64,000 bases of DNA from a virus: positions 1 to 64,000 of the IMG/VR virus record IMGVR_UViG_3300025035_000003. The stretch is one strand, 5' to 3'. This document shows positions 21,731 to 33,106 of this stretch, one piece after another. The notes under the pieces were generated by a model that saw only the letters and a list, made by a program, of their open reading frames with translations, ran no database searches and had not been told where the DNA came from. Position numbers and translations under genes: made by a program. Positions within the stretch are counted from its first letter, which is position 1. Every line of letters starts with the position of its first letter.

Positions 21731-22124
21731 GACGTACTATCCCTATGTCTGCACGCAATACATTACGTCTTAAGTGAGCATACTCTTCTTCGCGGATTGT
21801 TATAGTTTCTACTATACTATCTGCAAGTTGTTGTTTAAGTTGATTAGCCATCTGCTGCATATACCAGTTGTACCGTTGGGTATCTGTAAACTCACGTGCA
21901 GGACGTAGCTCTACTTGACATGCTAATCGGTTTATCTGTGGAGAAGAGTGTTCGATATGCATGGGTGCTTCCATCCCATCACGTACCAGTTCTGGTTTAA
22001 CTAATAGCATAGATGTTACTATTATCGTTATGCCTAGCAAGGAGAATAACCCTAGTAACGCATGGAATACGTTAAAGTATAGTTCATAGTTATTCAATAG
22101 GTTCACCTGTAGGGTCACAGGCAC
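21723..22124 (-). CDS. Hypothetical membrane protein (start uncertain)
   Basis: One N-terminal hydrophobic helix. Confidence 0.45.
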   Translation of the reverse strand: MPVTLQVNLLNNYELYFNVFHALLGLFSLLGITIIVTSMLLVKPELVRDGMEAPMHIEHSSPQINRLACQVELRPAREFTDTQRYNWYMQQMANQLKQQLADSIVETITIREEEYAHLRRNVLRADIGIVRLG

Positions 22125-23190
22125 GTAAAGCTACCCCTATACCTTTTGCAGGCTTTCTTGCTTTAGTGAGTACCTCGTAGTCTACAGTATACCATTTACC
22201 AATGTAACTATCTATGTTTGCAAGCATTACTCTACGTGATTCCAGATCACCCCTAGGCCTTACAGTAAACTCTCCACCTGCTGATTCACATATTAGTTTA
22301 GGGAAACCGTCTTTATCCAGCTCATAACCAGTTATGTGATACTCATTCTGAAGCATTTTTTTATACTTAAACACATCTGATGAGCGTTCATTATACTTGT
22401 ATATACCAGTAGGATTACGTATAATAACTCCCTCACAACCACGAGATATTGCATTAATGTATATAGATTCAATTAATCGCTTATCTACTAATATAGATGG
22501 AATTACTAATACATGTGTAGTAGTGCAGTAATCACTAATATGCTTAAGCTTAGTGCGATGTACTGTATATGTACCTGCTTCATCAGGTAATTCAAATATA
22601 CATGCTTGTACACGTGGGGATAACTCATTAGGCTTAGTAACAGCTGATTGTATATCCTGTAAATGCTCACCATGAATATAGAGTTCTACATTGAGTGAAG
22701 TTAGCGAATTAGTCTTCATTATATGGAGTATGTCAACAGTTAAGTGAGGAAGCTCAGGATATGATAAACCACCACGTGAATAAAGGGTCAAGGAGTCATT
22801 GTCTAAACGGTAGAGACCGTTAATGCCATTTAGCTTATCAGACACGTATACGTTATCTGCTACGTTGTGTAGTTGTTCTTGAAAAACTTTCACTTTCTGT
22901 GGTAAGTTAATAGCTGTAAAGTCAGCAGGTGCTTCACTTGGCAGATGGACTGTATAACCAGTATCAACCTTTTTCTGCCACTTCGCTTGTGCTTCGAGCA
23001 GTACTTGCTGTTTAGGCGTACGTTCGTTGGCGCGTCCTGCATTAGTGGTGGAGCACTGCGTCGACTTAGATTGCTCTTTGCCTCCTACTTGCCCCCATGT
23101 AACCGTGAACGTGTCATCTGATATGGTGATGGAACAGAACTGAGTAGATCCATTTTTGGTTGCTTTATATAGAACGGGCAGCTGCATCAT
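22090..23190 (-). CDS. ATP-dependent DNA ligase with WGR-like N-terminus
   Basis: Motif I DKLNG, EGVIIR, KYK; N-terminal TWGQVGG..KWQKKVDTGY. Confidence 0.85.
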   Translation of the reverse strand: MMQLPVLYKATKNGSTQFCSITISDDTFTVTWGQVGGKEQSKSTQCSTTNAGRANERTPKQQVLLEAQAKWQKKVDTGYTVHLPSEAPADFTAINLPQKVKVFQEQLHNVADNVYVSDKLNGINGLYRLDNDSLTLYSRGGLSYPELPHLTVDILHIMKTNSLTSLNVELYIHGEHLQDIQSAVTKPNELSPRVQACIFELPDEAGTYTVHRTKLKHISDYCTTTHVLVIPSILVDKRLIESIYINAISRGCEGVIIRNPTGIYKYNERSSDVFKYKKMLQNEYHITGYELDKDGFPKLICESAGGEFTVRPRGDLESRRVMLANIDSYIGKWYTVDYEVLTKARKPAKGIGVALRACDPTGEPIE

Positions 23191-23485
23191 GTAGTTCTTT
23201 TGAATGATGTGTTACAGAACCTGTTTCGGCATAGCAATCACATTGTGCTTTGTACGCCTCTTCGTGCATTTTAGTTAACTCTAAAATACTCTCTGCAATT
23301 GATTGAGAAGTTGTGAACCGTGCCCCTCTACCATGTATAGTAGTTCTACCCGCTGGTGTAACTAATACCCCTTTCATAGACATACCATAGCAACCACTCT
23401 CGTGTTCACATGGAATGCCTCCATTAGTTGGATATGGTATGTACTTAAGTGAAAGTTCAGTTATTACTGGTAGTTGTTGTATCAT
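23165..23485 (-). CDS. Hypothetical protein
   Basis: 106-aa ORF with RBS, overlapping the ligase start. Confidence 0.5.
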   Translation of the reverse strand: MIQQLPVITELSLKYIPYPTNGGIPCEHESGCYGMSMKGVLVTPAGRTTIHGRGARFTTSQSIAESILELTKMHEEAYKAQCDCYAETGSVTHHSKELHDAAARSI

Positions 23486-23563
23486 TGTTTACCCTTATTG
23501 AGTTTGTTGGGCTAACTAGTAACTCAAAGCCTCTGCTATCTAGCATCTCAGTTGTTGTAGCCA

Positions 23564-24372
23564 CTAATGTTTTATCGCCAGTTTGAGTAATTCACGATTA
23601 GTGCTATGAACCGCATTGAACACATCATGTGCCTCATACCCATCAGTAAGTACTAAGTTACATACTGCTATTACATCATTACACTTATGTAGTAATGCAG
23701 TTACATATGCAGTTTCTATGGCTGTTAATCTATTATCGTTTATGTGCATAACTGTTCTTCCTCCACTTCTGCGATTTCTAGTACTGAAGATAGTTTAACA
23801 TATCGCTTACGCCCACTTTCATAGAATACCTCTAGGAAAGTCTTATTGAAATAGTACGCTCTAACGTTATTATAGTTATGAGTTTCTACCTCTTTAGTTT
23901 GTTTTAGTATTATTTGTAGTGTCATTATTAATGATCTCCTCTAGTAGTGGTATAATTGATTCGTCTGGTATATCTGGTGTGTCATTGGTGAAATGAGAGT
24001 TTAGCTGTGGATATGAATGCTCAATAGCTGTAAGGAGTACGTCTACGCAGATGCTGGCACGCACATAGCCCTTATGATAGTCATGTAGCGTTGCTTGAGC
24101 ATGTATCATAGTTGGTCTGCTAATAGCTTATACTCACCAGATGCTAGCTTAGCCTCTGTCTCTGCTGTCGATTCATTCAAGAACTGCGAACGAAACTTGG
24201 ATGTCGTCTTAGAGAATTTCCAGTCTGCTCCTAGTAGGGCTTGTCCTGATGGTTCGATCACGACGATGAGTGAGTCATAACTATAGAGTAATCTGTACCC
24301 TGCTATGAATAGCTTGGTATGGTTGGAAGCTATATGTGTGATAGTTGCGTTAGCTAATGTTTGTAGATTCAT
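23564..24372 (-). other. Run of four small overlapping hypothetical ORFs (23564-23749, 23740-23925, 23894-24109, 24106-24372)
   Basis: Tightly packed, co-oriented, overlapping start and stop codons. Confidence 0.5.
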
Positions 24373-24910
24373 TTGTTACCTTCTTGGTTAATTTGTGCAT
24401 TTGCTTCTGTTTGGTTTTACGTAATTGTTGTTGATTATGGATGTCCTGCAACTCTAGAAATATTTCACTATGAGCCGGTTCCGCTTTCTGTTGTACATAT
24501 TGTGTATAGTAAGGGATTGCGCCCTCTTTATTATAAGTGGTTTCAGTAATGTGTTTACTTATAGTCAATAGCTCAAATGCGGATGCTTCCATTACATCAT
24601 CTGTATTTAGAAGTACTTCTACGTCTTTTATTAAATCAGTTGCGCTAAACCTATTAGTGTGTTGTTGCATTCTAGTGTGTAATGTCTTAGTCATTCCTAT
24701 ATAAACTTTACCACTTTCGAATGTTATTTTGTATACTTTATATAGCAATGTGTGCTGTTCATCTAGCCTCTTATACTTAGGATGCATTGCCCTACTAACA
24801 TACCCATCACTTATTAACTCTTTCAACATTGCTGCCATGAACACACCAGTACATTCTGATAATTCCTGTAGCCTGTTCTGTGATTGTGTGGCTATTCTGA
24901 TATTTCCGAT
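24350..24910 (-). CDS. GIY-YIG endonuclease-like protein; start codon appears to be ATC (possibly mutated)
   Basis: KVYKITFESGKVYIGMT..RMQQH..E motif; the AAGGA RBS is followed by ATC at 24908-24910. Confidence 0.65.
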   Translation of the reverse strand: MGNIRIATQSQNRLQELSECTGVFMAAMLKELISDGYVSRAMHPKYKRLDEQHTLLYKVYKITFESGKVYIGMTKTLHTRMQQHTNRFSATDLIKDVEVLLNTDDVMEASAFELLTISKHITETTYNKEGAIPYYTQYVQQKAEPAHSEIFLELQDIHNQQQLRKTKQKQMHKLTKKVTNESTNIS

Positions 24911-25128
24911 TTTATAGTCCTTTTGTATGTATACAGTGTTATACCATAAATAAGCTAATATGTATACATATATAGTGTGAATACATGCCACTATCTACTA
25001 CCCACGAGCCACCAAAATGTGGTCGCCGGGATTAGATTTATAGTAACGAAGCGAAGCTGAGTGTACATAAATCTCTAACCACGAGGGACTAGTTGAGATT
25101 AGCGAGTCAATGCAACTTAATTACTAAT

Positions 25129-25572
25129 TTACTTAACAACTCGATTGTCCAAAATTTCTTGTAGCCGCTCTTCTGGTGGAACAAACCCAATAGGCTTAAT
25201 TATCTTGCCCTCAGAGTCCTTAGCACCGAGCTTCTGCAGATTTGCATTATGCACGATCTGTAAGCCATCTACCATTTGGTGTGGTGTAAGGCCTAACTTG
25301 TGTAGTTCCCCAATAGCTATGTAGAGTCCATCAAGAAGTGAATCAAATGCAGATACTGGTGTAACTGGCTCAGATGCTACTGTACTTCTGGTAGCTACTA
25401 TCTCTCTTGCCAACTCACGTGGAGCGTATGCTCCAATAGACTCAAGTGCTTCTTCGATTAGAAGTGCAGCGGCCTTATTAGCATCATACGACCCAGCGTG
25501 GTTGCCCCATGCTGTGTCGTTTAGATGTGCAATGTCTGAGAATAATTGGAAGAGCTGTTTTTTACTTTGCAT
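25129..25572 (-). CDS. MazG-like / PRA-PH nucleotide pyrophosphohydrolase
   Basis: LIEEALE, DSLLDGLY, VHNANLQK, DSEGKIIKP. Confidence 0.75.
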   Translation of the reverse strand: MQSKKQLFQLFSDIAHLNDTAWGNHAGSYDANKAAALLIEEALESIGAYAPRELAREIVATRSTVASEPVTPVSAFDSLLDGLYIAIGELHKLGLTPHQMVDGLQIVHNANLQKLGAKDSEGKIIKPIGFVPPEERLQEILDNRVVK

Positions 25573-25897
25573 CTGGTATATACCCCGTGCGAAGATTTGC
25601 AAGCGTAAGCAGTGTATGTGCCGACTCTGGGGAAATTGTTCCATCTGCAGATAATGTATTGATAGTTATGTCCTCTATGAGACTAATGATGTGCTCAGCC
25701 TTTCTGTAGTCTGCATCACCCGGACTGAGATAGTCATGTGGTACATAGCATGGCTCGGCTTGGCTTTCATTCCTAACTGTGCATTCGTTGCTACAGCATG
25801 CGCACTCATCTTCTGTTTCCTGTGTAAATTGCTTAAGCAAGTCCATTAGGTCTTCGCCCGATACTGATAGCATTCTTATGTTATTGTTATTGTTCAT
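25562..25897 (-). CDS. Hypothetical protein
   Basis: 111-aa ORF with RBS. Confidence 0.5.
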   Translation of the reverse strand: MNNNNNIRMLSVSGEDLMDLLKQFTQETEDECACCSNECTVRNESQAEPCYVPHDYLSPGDADYRKAEHIISLIEDITINTLSADGTISPESAHTLLTLANLRTGYIPDAK

Positions 25898-25930
25898 GAT
25901 TTACCTTTATGTAAGTGCACGGGGAGTGCA

Positions 25931-27109
25931 CTAAATTGTTGATTCAATAGAATCGTTCCTATGTTGGTGTGCTCTGATTAGTGCCTGAGTTACTGTGTTA
26001 CGGGATATCTCTCCGTACAGTTTATGAAGTGTAATTGACTTCATAGATTGACTGGAGCGGTAACCAGATGCGGCATGCCATGCGTCCTTTCCCGTTAGTG
26101 TATTGCACGTTTCTATAACACAGTTGGAGAATTCTTTGACTTGCTGATGGTGCACATGCCTGGTATACCAATATCTATGATCAGTATCTGACCATTGTGA
26201 TTTACAATCCACAGACATAATTTCACCTAGTTTCTCTGGTTTAACTGTATGCCCATGTGTAATTCCAATTAAGTTCTTACCAAATTGGTGATACATAAAT
26301 ACGGATGGTGTGTCGTGCACTATAACACGTGGTTCATCTTTAAACCAAGCTTGTAGGAAACACGTCACATATAGTGAAGAGTACGTATCATGGTTACCAA
26401 TAGCAGAACGCCATCTAACTAGCTTATGCTTAGTTAACGCTTTCTCTACTAATGATACAGCTAGGTTTAGCCCTACTTGAATCATCTTAGCAAAGCGTGA
26501 ATCAACATCCACACGAGTACCAGCTGTGGTTGTGTTCTGCTGTCCATTAGAATGATACCAGTCACCAGTGTCAATGATGAAGGCTTCTTCAGATGGGTAA
26601 GCTTGTATAACTAGCAGATCAATTGCTGATAGTAAGTCAGCTGTTCCTATATCAGAGTCGTAGTCCTCACCAACTTCCTCACCCCAAGCCAGTAGCCTAA
26701 TATGGGCATCACCAATTGAGTACACGGACATAGTATCAGAGTGTGTTAGTGCTGGAGTAGCTATGGGTGTGGCTGCACGTATACGTGCTGAGTTAATGAA
26801 ATCCTCAATTGCTTGTTGAAAGTAATGCAGTTCAGAGTTATGTTTAGCGTTAGTCTTGACCCATTGGATTTTAATGTTACCTTCACTATCATAAAGAGTG
26901 CTAGTACCAAGTAGTGCTAATCCGTCTTGAACGGAGTTGCCCGATTCAAGTGGAAGGCTACCATTTTGTCGAGCTCTCGTAATACGTGAAGTTATCCCGT
27001 TCTGACTTAGCTCTATACCATGCGTTAACAATATACCAGCTTGTATAGCTTTTGGTGATGGGCCGTATGTGCCTACAGCTTCAAAGAATTGTGGTTTAGT
27101 TACTTTCAT
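25931..27109 (-). CDS. Calcineurin-like metallophosphoesterase with degenerate motifs
   Basis: GDAH, GDWYH, GNHD, THGH present; final motif reads RHVH instead of GHxH. Confidence 0.75.
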   Translation of the reverse strand: MKVTKPQFFEAVGTYGPSPKAIQAGILLTHGIELSQNGITSRITRARQNGSLPLESGNSVQDGLALLGTSTLYDSEGNIKIQWVKTNAKHNSELHYFQQAIEDFINSARIRAATPIATPALTHSDTMSVYSIGDAHIRLLAWGEEVGEDYDSDIGTADLLSAIDLLVIQAYPSEEAFIIDTGDWYHSNGQQNTTTAGTRVDVDSRFAKMIQVGLNLAVSLVEKALTKHKLVRWRSAIGNHDTYSSLYVTCFLQAWFKDEPRVIVHDTPSVFMYHQFGKNLIGITHGHTVKPEKLGEIMSVDCKSQWSDTDHRYWYTRHVHHQQVKEFSNCVIETCNTLTGKDAWHAASGYRSSQSMKSITLHKLYGEISRNTVTQALIRAHQHRNDSIESTI

Positions 27110-27668
27110 TAGTTACCTTTAAATGTGTTAGAATAACTGCTACAGTAAGTTCTAATGACTGCATATTATCTATTCTGATATCGATACCATTTGGTAGACC
27201 ATTAGCAAATCGTTCATGATCTTGCTTTAGTCTATTATCCCATTCTGTAAGATCAAATGAACCACGAGCCTTGGCACGAGCTTCACGAGTAGCATCATCT
27301 ACATGGAGATATACTAGTATAGCCTGTTCTCCAAGCCACACTTTCAATTCTAGCCCAGCTAGTACTCCAATAGTTACTATTGAATCACATCCCTCAGGAA
27401 TTGAGGTGTAAGCCGTACCGTAGTAAGCTGTATCCTCGACTCCATCAAATTGCGTTGTGTAACTTGCATATTCTATGAACTTCCCTGTATCTGCCATATT
27501 TTTGAATTCAGGCACTGTAATGAAGAAGTATGGGTTGCCCTCTACTTCCCCTGTACGCATAGCTCGAGTGCTATGTGGTGTAATGGCTGTAAAGTACCCT
27601 TTCTCTTGGAGAGCATTACTCACAGTATCTTTGCCGGCACCTGAGTGACCTGTTAGTATTAGTACCAT
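27096..27668 (-). CDS. gmk: Guanylate kinase
   Basis: GHSGAGKDT P-loop, STRAMRTGEVEGNPYFF, YYGT. Confidence 0.85.
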   Translation of the reverse strand: MVLILTGHSGAGKDTVSNALQEKGYFTAITPHSTRAMRTGEVEGNPYFFITVPEFKNMADTGKFIEYASYTTQFDGVEDTAYYGTAYTSIPEGCDSIVTIGVLAGLELKVWLGEQAILVYLHVDDATREARAKARGSFDLTEWDNRLKQDHERFANGLPNGIDIRIDNMQSLELTVAVILTHLKVTNESN

Positions 27669-27671
27669 AGA

Positions 27672-29414
27672 CTACCCTTCGCAGCTGGAACAAATTGATG
27701 TATCTACTTTAACTTTAGTGGCCCCATTAAGCGAGCGTATGTAATATAATGCTTCTACGTCCGGGTTAATGAATGCTTCATGGTGGATATCTGAGATATC
27801 CTCTTCCTTAGCGTCTGCTGGGAAGTACAGATTAGTAGATTGGCCTTGGCCCCCACCCGTTGCGTTCATGGCTCGTTGAGCATCTGCAGCCATACGTATA
27901 ATGTCACGTTGGTTGATTTCGAATGCAGTCCTGAATACAGCTTTCTCATGGGTAGTTAGCCAATCCTCGGCTTGCACAGATCCTTGGTCTTCTGCGATAC
28001 GTTGCATTACTTCTTCAGTATACATTCCACGTTCCTTCATAAGAGCTAGGAATATAGGATTGATTCTGTAGACTGTGCCACCTGCTGTGTCAGACTCGTA
28101 TACGTTGGCAAAGACTGGCTCACGACCTTCTGACGGACCCCCAAGAATTTCTGCAGTTGACTTAGTAGGCGGAAATGATAATCTATGTGAAAAGCGTAGC
28201 CCATACCCTTTCAACCACTCAGGTTCGCCAAGTTCTACAGCTAACCACTTAGATACTTCTAGTGTTCTATCATCTAATAGTTTAACTAATTGCTTGTTAA
28301 ATATAGTAGATTGGAGGTCGCCGAATACCCAGCTTTGCTGTTGATAGTAAGTCGCTTCACCAAGCATACCAAGACCAATTGCTCTAGATTTCTCTGTAAA
28401 TGCAATTGTGCGTTCAAACCCAGGTTCTTGTCTGGCTTTGATTAGCATATCCTCTATTACAGCATCAAGTAATACAGTCGCTATTTCCACAGCTTTAGTA
28501 TCTTTCCATTCATCGAATTTAGTTATGTTCATGGATGTTAGTACACATGTAAACGAGTGGTCCTCATCACACATTAACTGTATCTCAGAACACAGATTAG
28601 ACCCCTTAACTTTGAAGCCCCGATCCTTGTACATCTGAGGAGCGCTTTTGTTTACTTTGTCTAGGAAGAAGAAATATCCCTTACCTTTGATAAGTTTAAG
28701 ACGAAGCATACGTTTCCATATATGATCAGCACGTGCTGGATCCTTATGAAATAGCTCCTCGAACTCATTAGTGATATTCCACCCGATGTTCCATGTGTCA
28801 TCATCTGCTAGTAGTTGATCAACTAGCTCATCAAAGTCCGCATGTAATGGGTCAAGGTACATGCCAATGTTACCACGGCGAGAATTACCTTGGGAGATCT
28901 TCTTCATGGAGTTAACTAAATCATCTGCTGGGTGCATGATACCACTAGAAGTTCCGCCTTTGGAGATTGGTGAGCCTCGTGGGCGTACTGGGTCAAGTAC
29001 AGTAGATGTCCCATAGCCACGTTGAGTTAACTGCTCAATCTCTAGGCGTGCAATGCCCCATGACCGAATCGAGTCTCCCAAGTGGCTTCCAGAACATGCT
29101 ATAGGATGCCCTCTGTTGTTACCCATGTTCGTTAACACAGGAGTTGATGGGGATACGTATCCTTTCCACATCACATCCAGGAATGCATCATACCAGTTTA
29201 AGTAACCATAGTTAACTGGGATTTGCACTGCTGTGAGCTCCTCTGCACGCTTAGCTATTCTAATGTACATATCAATAGGTTTTTCCCCTACGTTCAAGTA
29301 ATGCTTCTCTGTTAGCATCTGTAATCCAGATGTAGATAACCAGTTAGGAGCTAAGTTCTCACGTTGCAATTGTTTACGTTCATGTGATAAACGTTCGTAT
29401 TTAGTCATTGCCAT
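27672..29414 (-). CDS. nrdA: Class I ribonucleotide reductase alpha subunit (short, no ATP cone)
   Basis: SNLCSEI, PPTKST, LYY and C-terminal CSSCEG; TAATG coupling to nrdB. Confidence 0.92.
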   Translation of the reverse strand: MAMTKYERLSHERKQLQRENLAPNWLSTSGLQMLTEKHYLNVGEKPIDMYIRIAKRAEELTAVQIPVNYGYLNWYDAFLDVMWKGYVSPSTPVLTNMGNNRGHPIACSGSHLGDSIRSWGIARLEIEQLTQRGYGTSTVLDPVRPRGSPISKGGTSSGIMHPADDLVNSMKKISQGNSRRGNIGMYLDPLHADFDELVDQLLADDDTWNIGWNITNEFEELFHKDPARADHIWKRMLRLKLIKGKGYFFFLDKVNKSAPQMYKDRGFKVKGSNLCSEIQLMCDEDHSFTCVLTSMNITKFDEWKDTKAVEIATVLLDAVIEDMLIKARQEPGFERTIAFTEKSRAIGLGMLGEATYYQQQSWVFGDLQSTIFNKQLVKLLDDRTLEVSKWLAVELGEPEWLKGYGLRFSHRLSFPPTKSTAEILGGPSEGREPVFANVYESDTAGGTVYRINPIFLALMKERGMYTEEVMQRIAEDQGSVQAEDWLTTHEKAVFRTAFEINQRDIIRMAADAQRAMNATGGGQGQSTNLYFPADAKEEDISDIHHEAFINPDVEALYYIRSLNGATKVKVDTSICSSCEG

Positions 29415-30424
29415 TATTTCTCCTTCTTTATAAGAGGTAGTCGTGACAGGTTTTCTGTCTTCCAACTACGTCTATAGCTGTTAGTTCCAGATATGAAGAA
29501 GTCGTGGATCTTGATAGACTTAGCACCTTTATAGAACCAGTCTGCTATAGGGTTATTTGTTATACCATATATAGTTGGCAGTTGCAGCATGGTAAGTACC
29601 TCATCTACTCGTGACCTAACAAATGCCTTAAGCTGCGCAGGTGTTATGTCGTTTATAGACTTAATATCCTTATAAACATAGTCAACAATAGCATCCTCGT
29701 GAGAGATTATCTCTCGCATTACGGTATGCACATCATCTGTATGTTGTTGTATGTCTATATGAAGTCCAGCTACTTTTGCCTCGTTGAGGTATGTGTTATG
29801 CAAAGATGCAGCTAGCATCCCATGAAGTACTTCATCGTTTTTGACAAAGTCTACACCAACTATAGTATTAGTTATTAAGTTATTACCATTGGCTTGAAAT
29901 GATTTTAGCATAGCGAAGTTGCCAAATAATAATACTTGTTCAATACCTGATACTGTTGCAAGCGCTAATAACTTGTTACTGCTGAGATTGCTAGTTATAC
30001 GTTTAATCATTTGTAGCTTATCACGTATAACTATGATTTCTTTTTGGTTTTGAGCTGTATCCTCTGGGTCGATATTCATCTCATCAGACATTTTCTGATA
30101 GAATGGTGCATGTACTGCTTTCTCTACGGCTGCTATCTGTGAGGCTACGCCATCAATTTCTGAATGTGGAAACCATGAAGCAATTTCTGCCCATGTGTCT
30201 CCAACTTGCTGCTCAGTAATAACAAATGAGTCTAGTGTAATACTCGCTAAGGCAAATTGCTCTGGAAGCATTCTCTGCCTAAAGTCGTTTACATCTTTCT
30301 CTACTGGTATTTCCTCAGCAGTCCACAAAATGTCTTGTTGTAGTTTGCGTATCTCTTCAGCTACCGGATATAGAATGCGTCCAAATAACGGGTTTTCTGT
30401 TTCTATAGGTAGTTTAATGCTCAT
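29414..30424 (-). CDS. nrdB: Ribonucleotide reductase beta subunit
   Basis: WTAEEI, EKAVHAPFY, DEVLH di-metal ligands, DFF..NSY. Confidence 0.92.
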   Translation of the reverse strand: MSIKLPIETENPLFGRILYPVAEEIRKLQQDILWTAEEIPVEKDVNDFRQRMLPEQFALASITLDSFVITEQQVGDTWAEIASWFPHSEIDGVASQIAAVEKAVHAPFYQKMSDEMNIDPEDTAQNQKEIIVIRDKLQMIKRITSNLSSNKLLALATVSGIEQVLLFGNFAMLKSFQANGNNLITNTIVGVDFVKNDEVLHGMLAASLHNTYLNEAKVAGLHIDIQQHTDDVHTVMREIISHEDAIVDYVYKDIKSINDITPAQLKAFVRSRVDEVLTMLQLPTIYGITNNPIADWFYKGAKSIKIHDFFISGTNSYRRSWKTENLSRLPLIKKEK

Positions 30425-30531
30425 GCTACTCCTCTAATGGTTTGTAATGAGTTGCAAATCGTGTCATCGGTGTAGCAGTCACTTGTTTAGTACATTGGTA
30501 CAGTGCACTATCCTTAATTTCGTTAGACATG

Positions 30532-30819
30532 TTAGTTACCTGCAATTAATGCTTTCAATGGTGAGGATACACCAAACTTAACAACTGATTTAGCTGGTGA
30601 TGTGTATGGTACACCATTTACTTCACCTGCTCTAGCTGCTTGAGTTGTAACGTAAAATTCACCAAAGTCCTGCCCTAAAGCTACAGCATTGCCTGCTAAT
30701 AGCTCACGTTTAATGGTGCTTTTGATATGCTCCAGGATACGACCTGCTTCTGCTTTTGAGGAAATAGTTTCATATAAACTAATCTCTTCTACTAATTGTA
30801 TTTTTGTAAATTTTGCCAT
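30532..30819 (-). CDS. HU/IHF-family DNA-binding protein
   Basis: FGEF..AARAG..PAKSVVKF..LK signature, 95 aa. Confidence 0.85.
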   Translation of the reverse strand: MAKFTKIQLVEEISLYETISSKAEAGRILEHIKSTIKRELLAGNAVALGQDFGEFYVTTQAARAGEVNGVPYTSPAKSVVKFGVSSPLKALIAGN

Positions 30820-30878
30820 ATTGTGACCTTTATGTTAATTTGTGCTGTTGGATCATAGTAGCGGTTAAGCTACTAAAA

Positions 30879-31562
30879 CTATTGGTTACTACTAGGTCTT
30901 CCGAACCCTTTGCGAGCTGCTGCGCCTCCAGAAAAACCTGCTGCTTTAGCTGCCCCACCATTTACTGCTGGAGTTGTTGCACCAGACTTCTGGGCTTCTT
31001 TCCAAGCTGCAACTGCTTCTGCATCCGTTTCTTTATAGATTACGGTAGATGCATACTTCTCAGTATCGCTAGCGAACCTAACTCCAACTGGTGTTTCATC
31101 GACAATCTCTGTAGATGATGCATTGTCAGATGGTCTGTAGAAACGTTTAACAGCAACACGCTCTTTGATTTGCTCTTCATATACTTCATACATGTATTGT
31201 ACGAATACAGTGACATCAATATCAGTAAATTCTGGTATAACCATAAGCGTTTTAGTTGAGTTCTTAAATACCATTTCATACTCTTCAAGTTCGTTCTGTG
31301 CAATGCTGTATGACTCAAGATCTTCGATAATACCTAAGCTATCAAGTTGATTAAATCCGTATGCGTCTTTACCTGATTTGTCTTTGAGTAAGTTACTATA
31401 AGACATACCGTTTGTGAAAAAGTAGTTAGCGAACATTGCACCTGAGTCTTTATACTCGACTTCTACACATTTTAAGTGTGTATTGTATATGCCAGATGTA
31501 GTGATAAAATTACCACCTTCGTCACTTTTTGCTACTGCCGTTCTGTTTATAACTCTTGCCAT
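30879..31562 (-). CDS. Putative single-stranded DNA-binding protein
   Basis: Beta-rich N-terminus, flexible low-complexity tail, next to the AAA ATPase and a nuclease. Confidence 0.5.
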   Translation of the reverse strand: MARVINRTAVAKSDEGGNFITTSGIYNTHLKCVEVEYKDSGAMFANYFFTNGMSYSNLLKDKSGKDAYGFNQLDSLGIIEDLESYSIAQNELEEYEMVFKNSTKTLMVIPEFTDIDVTVFVQYMYEVYEEQIKERVAVKRFYRPSDNASSTEIVDETPVGVRFASDTEKYASTVIYKETDAEAVAAWKEAQKSGATTPAVNGGAAKAAGFSGGAAARKGFGRPSSNQ

Positions 31563-31620
31563 TGTTAATTGGCTCCTTATTTGTTAGTGGCTAATGCCAA
31601 ATGTGTTGAAGAATCCAGGC

Positions 31621-32326
31621 TTATAGCTTGAATTCAAATTCTTCTACTTCGGAATGTTTTGATTTAATCAAGTCGATGTAATCTTGTAGATTAAAATCCC
31701 CGTCTTTTGCTGTTTCACCATCTAGTGTAATTGGCATTGATTCAGGCACTTCTTCTATACTCAGAACACATCGTGCGGCTTTGTTAGAATCACGAAGAAT
31801 AGCAACTCTTTTCTTGGCTTTAACTTCTACGAATACGCTGAAATCCACGACACTGAGAAAACCTCCGAGTTTGCCAAATTTACCCGAGTCTACTAAAGAG
31901 TATCTAGCTGTTTTCTCATCAAAGATTGAGTGTGAAATAATTACTAATGAGATACCATTGCTAACAATGTCTTCAAGGTAGTCAGTGAATAGCTTAATTT
32001 CACGATCCAATGCTGTGTATACTTTGAAGTTATCTCCATTAAATTTTACATTCAATGCATTGTATGCACTAGTGAATACACGTGATACTGAATCTATCGC
32101 GATAGTATCTGGGTACTGTCCTGTTTTAGCTTTATAAGCTTCTGCTGCTGCGTTACATGTGTCAATGAATGATCCCATGTCAACAAATTCGTTTATATTA
32201 ATGTGTGGTATCTTTAGTGCGAAACGCTTACCATCATGTGATATAACGAATCCGTTAATCAGCGTGCTTAGTAGCTTAGTTTTACCTGAGTTAGGCTAAG
32301 CCTGATAACAGTACTTTAGCTGACAT
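31621..32326 (-). pseudogene. AAA_24 / Sak4-like ATPase, frameshifted in Walker A
   Basis: MSAKVLLSGL and PNSGKT are in different frames (one extra base near 32296); Walker B IAIDS follows. Confidence 0.75.
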
Positions 32327-32399
32327 GAGGCACCTCCATGCTTGTGGTATATTGTATTTTCATAGTTATTTATCCTTATGAATTCTTATGTACGTGCAG

Positions 32400-32930
32400 G
32401 GTCTGCATAAAGAGTCAGAGGACATGCCGTCTACACGTCTTTCTACCACTACCCCACATTCACAATAGAAACTGCATTTAGTTTTATTTTTTTTTTATCT
32501 CTATATGTTTTAATAAACCTAGCACCTAATAGGTGCATCAGCTTATTATCAGTTTCTATTTTGTTTAGTGCTACTAATGCATCACCACCTGCTTTAAATA
32601 CATGTTTACACCTATCTTGCATATCTGCGTGTGATATATGATCCTTTTGTGTACACCATTCTAAATTAGAGTAATGGTTGTTACTTGGATTATTATCTAT
32701 ATGGTTAACTACTTGGTAGTTTTCTATATTTTTTTTTTATAAATGTTTGTGCAACTAGCCTATGTACTTGAAAGCGTTTTACTTCTCCATCTTTAGATAA
32801 CGTTACTCGCTTATAGCTACCTAGCATGTTTTCTTGTTTAAGAATTCTATTAGGTTTTCCATCAGATGGTGTTGAGTACACGTTTCCAGCTTCACTTATT
32901 GCATACTTACCTTCGTACCCCCATAATGTT
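32400..32930 (-). pseudogene. NUMOD4-HNH homing endonuclease remnant
   Basis: GYEGKYAISEAGNVYS, VHRLVAQTF, then VNHIDNNPSNNHYSNLEWCT after a frameshift in the poly-T run near 32730; ends approximate. Confidence 0.8.
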
Positions 32931-33106
32931 CGTGTATATTATGGGAAGACTTAGTAATTACTTATAAGTGAAAATTTTGTATTGGTCTTACAAATAGCGG
33001 GTACTACATGCCAAGTTATTATTCCATCTTCATCCCCATTCCACGAACTAGTAGCTCTTTCTGCTTGTGCCGCTTGATGTGCTGTACATCCAGAATACCA
33101 TCCACA

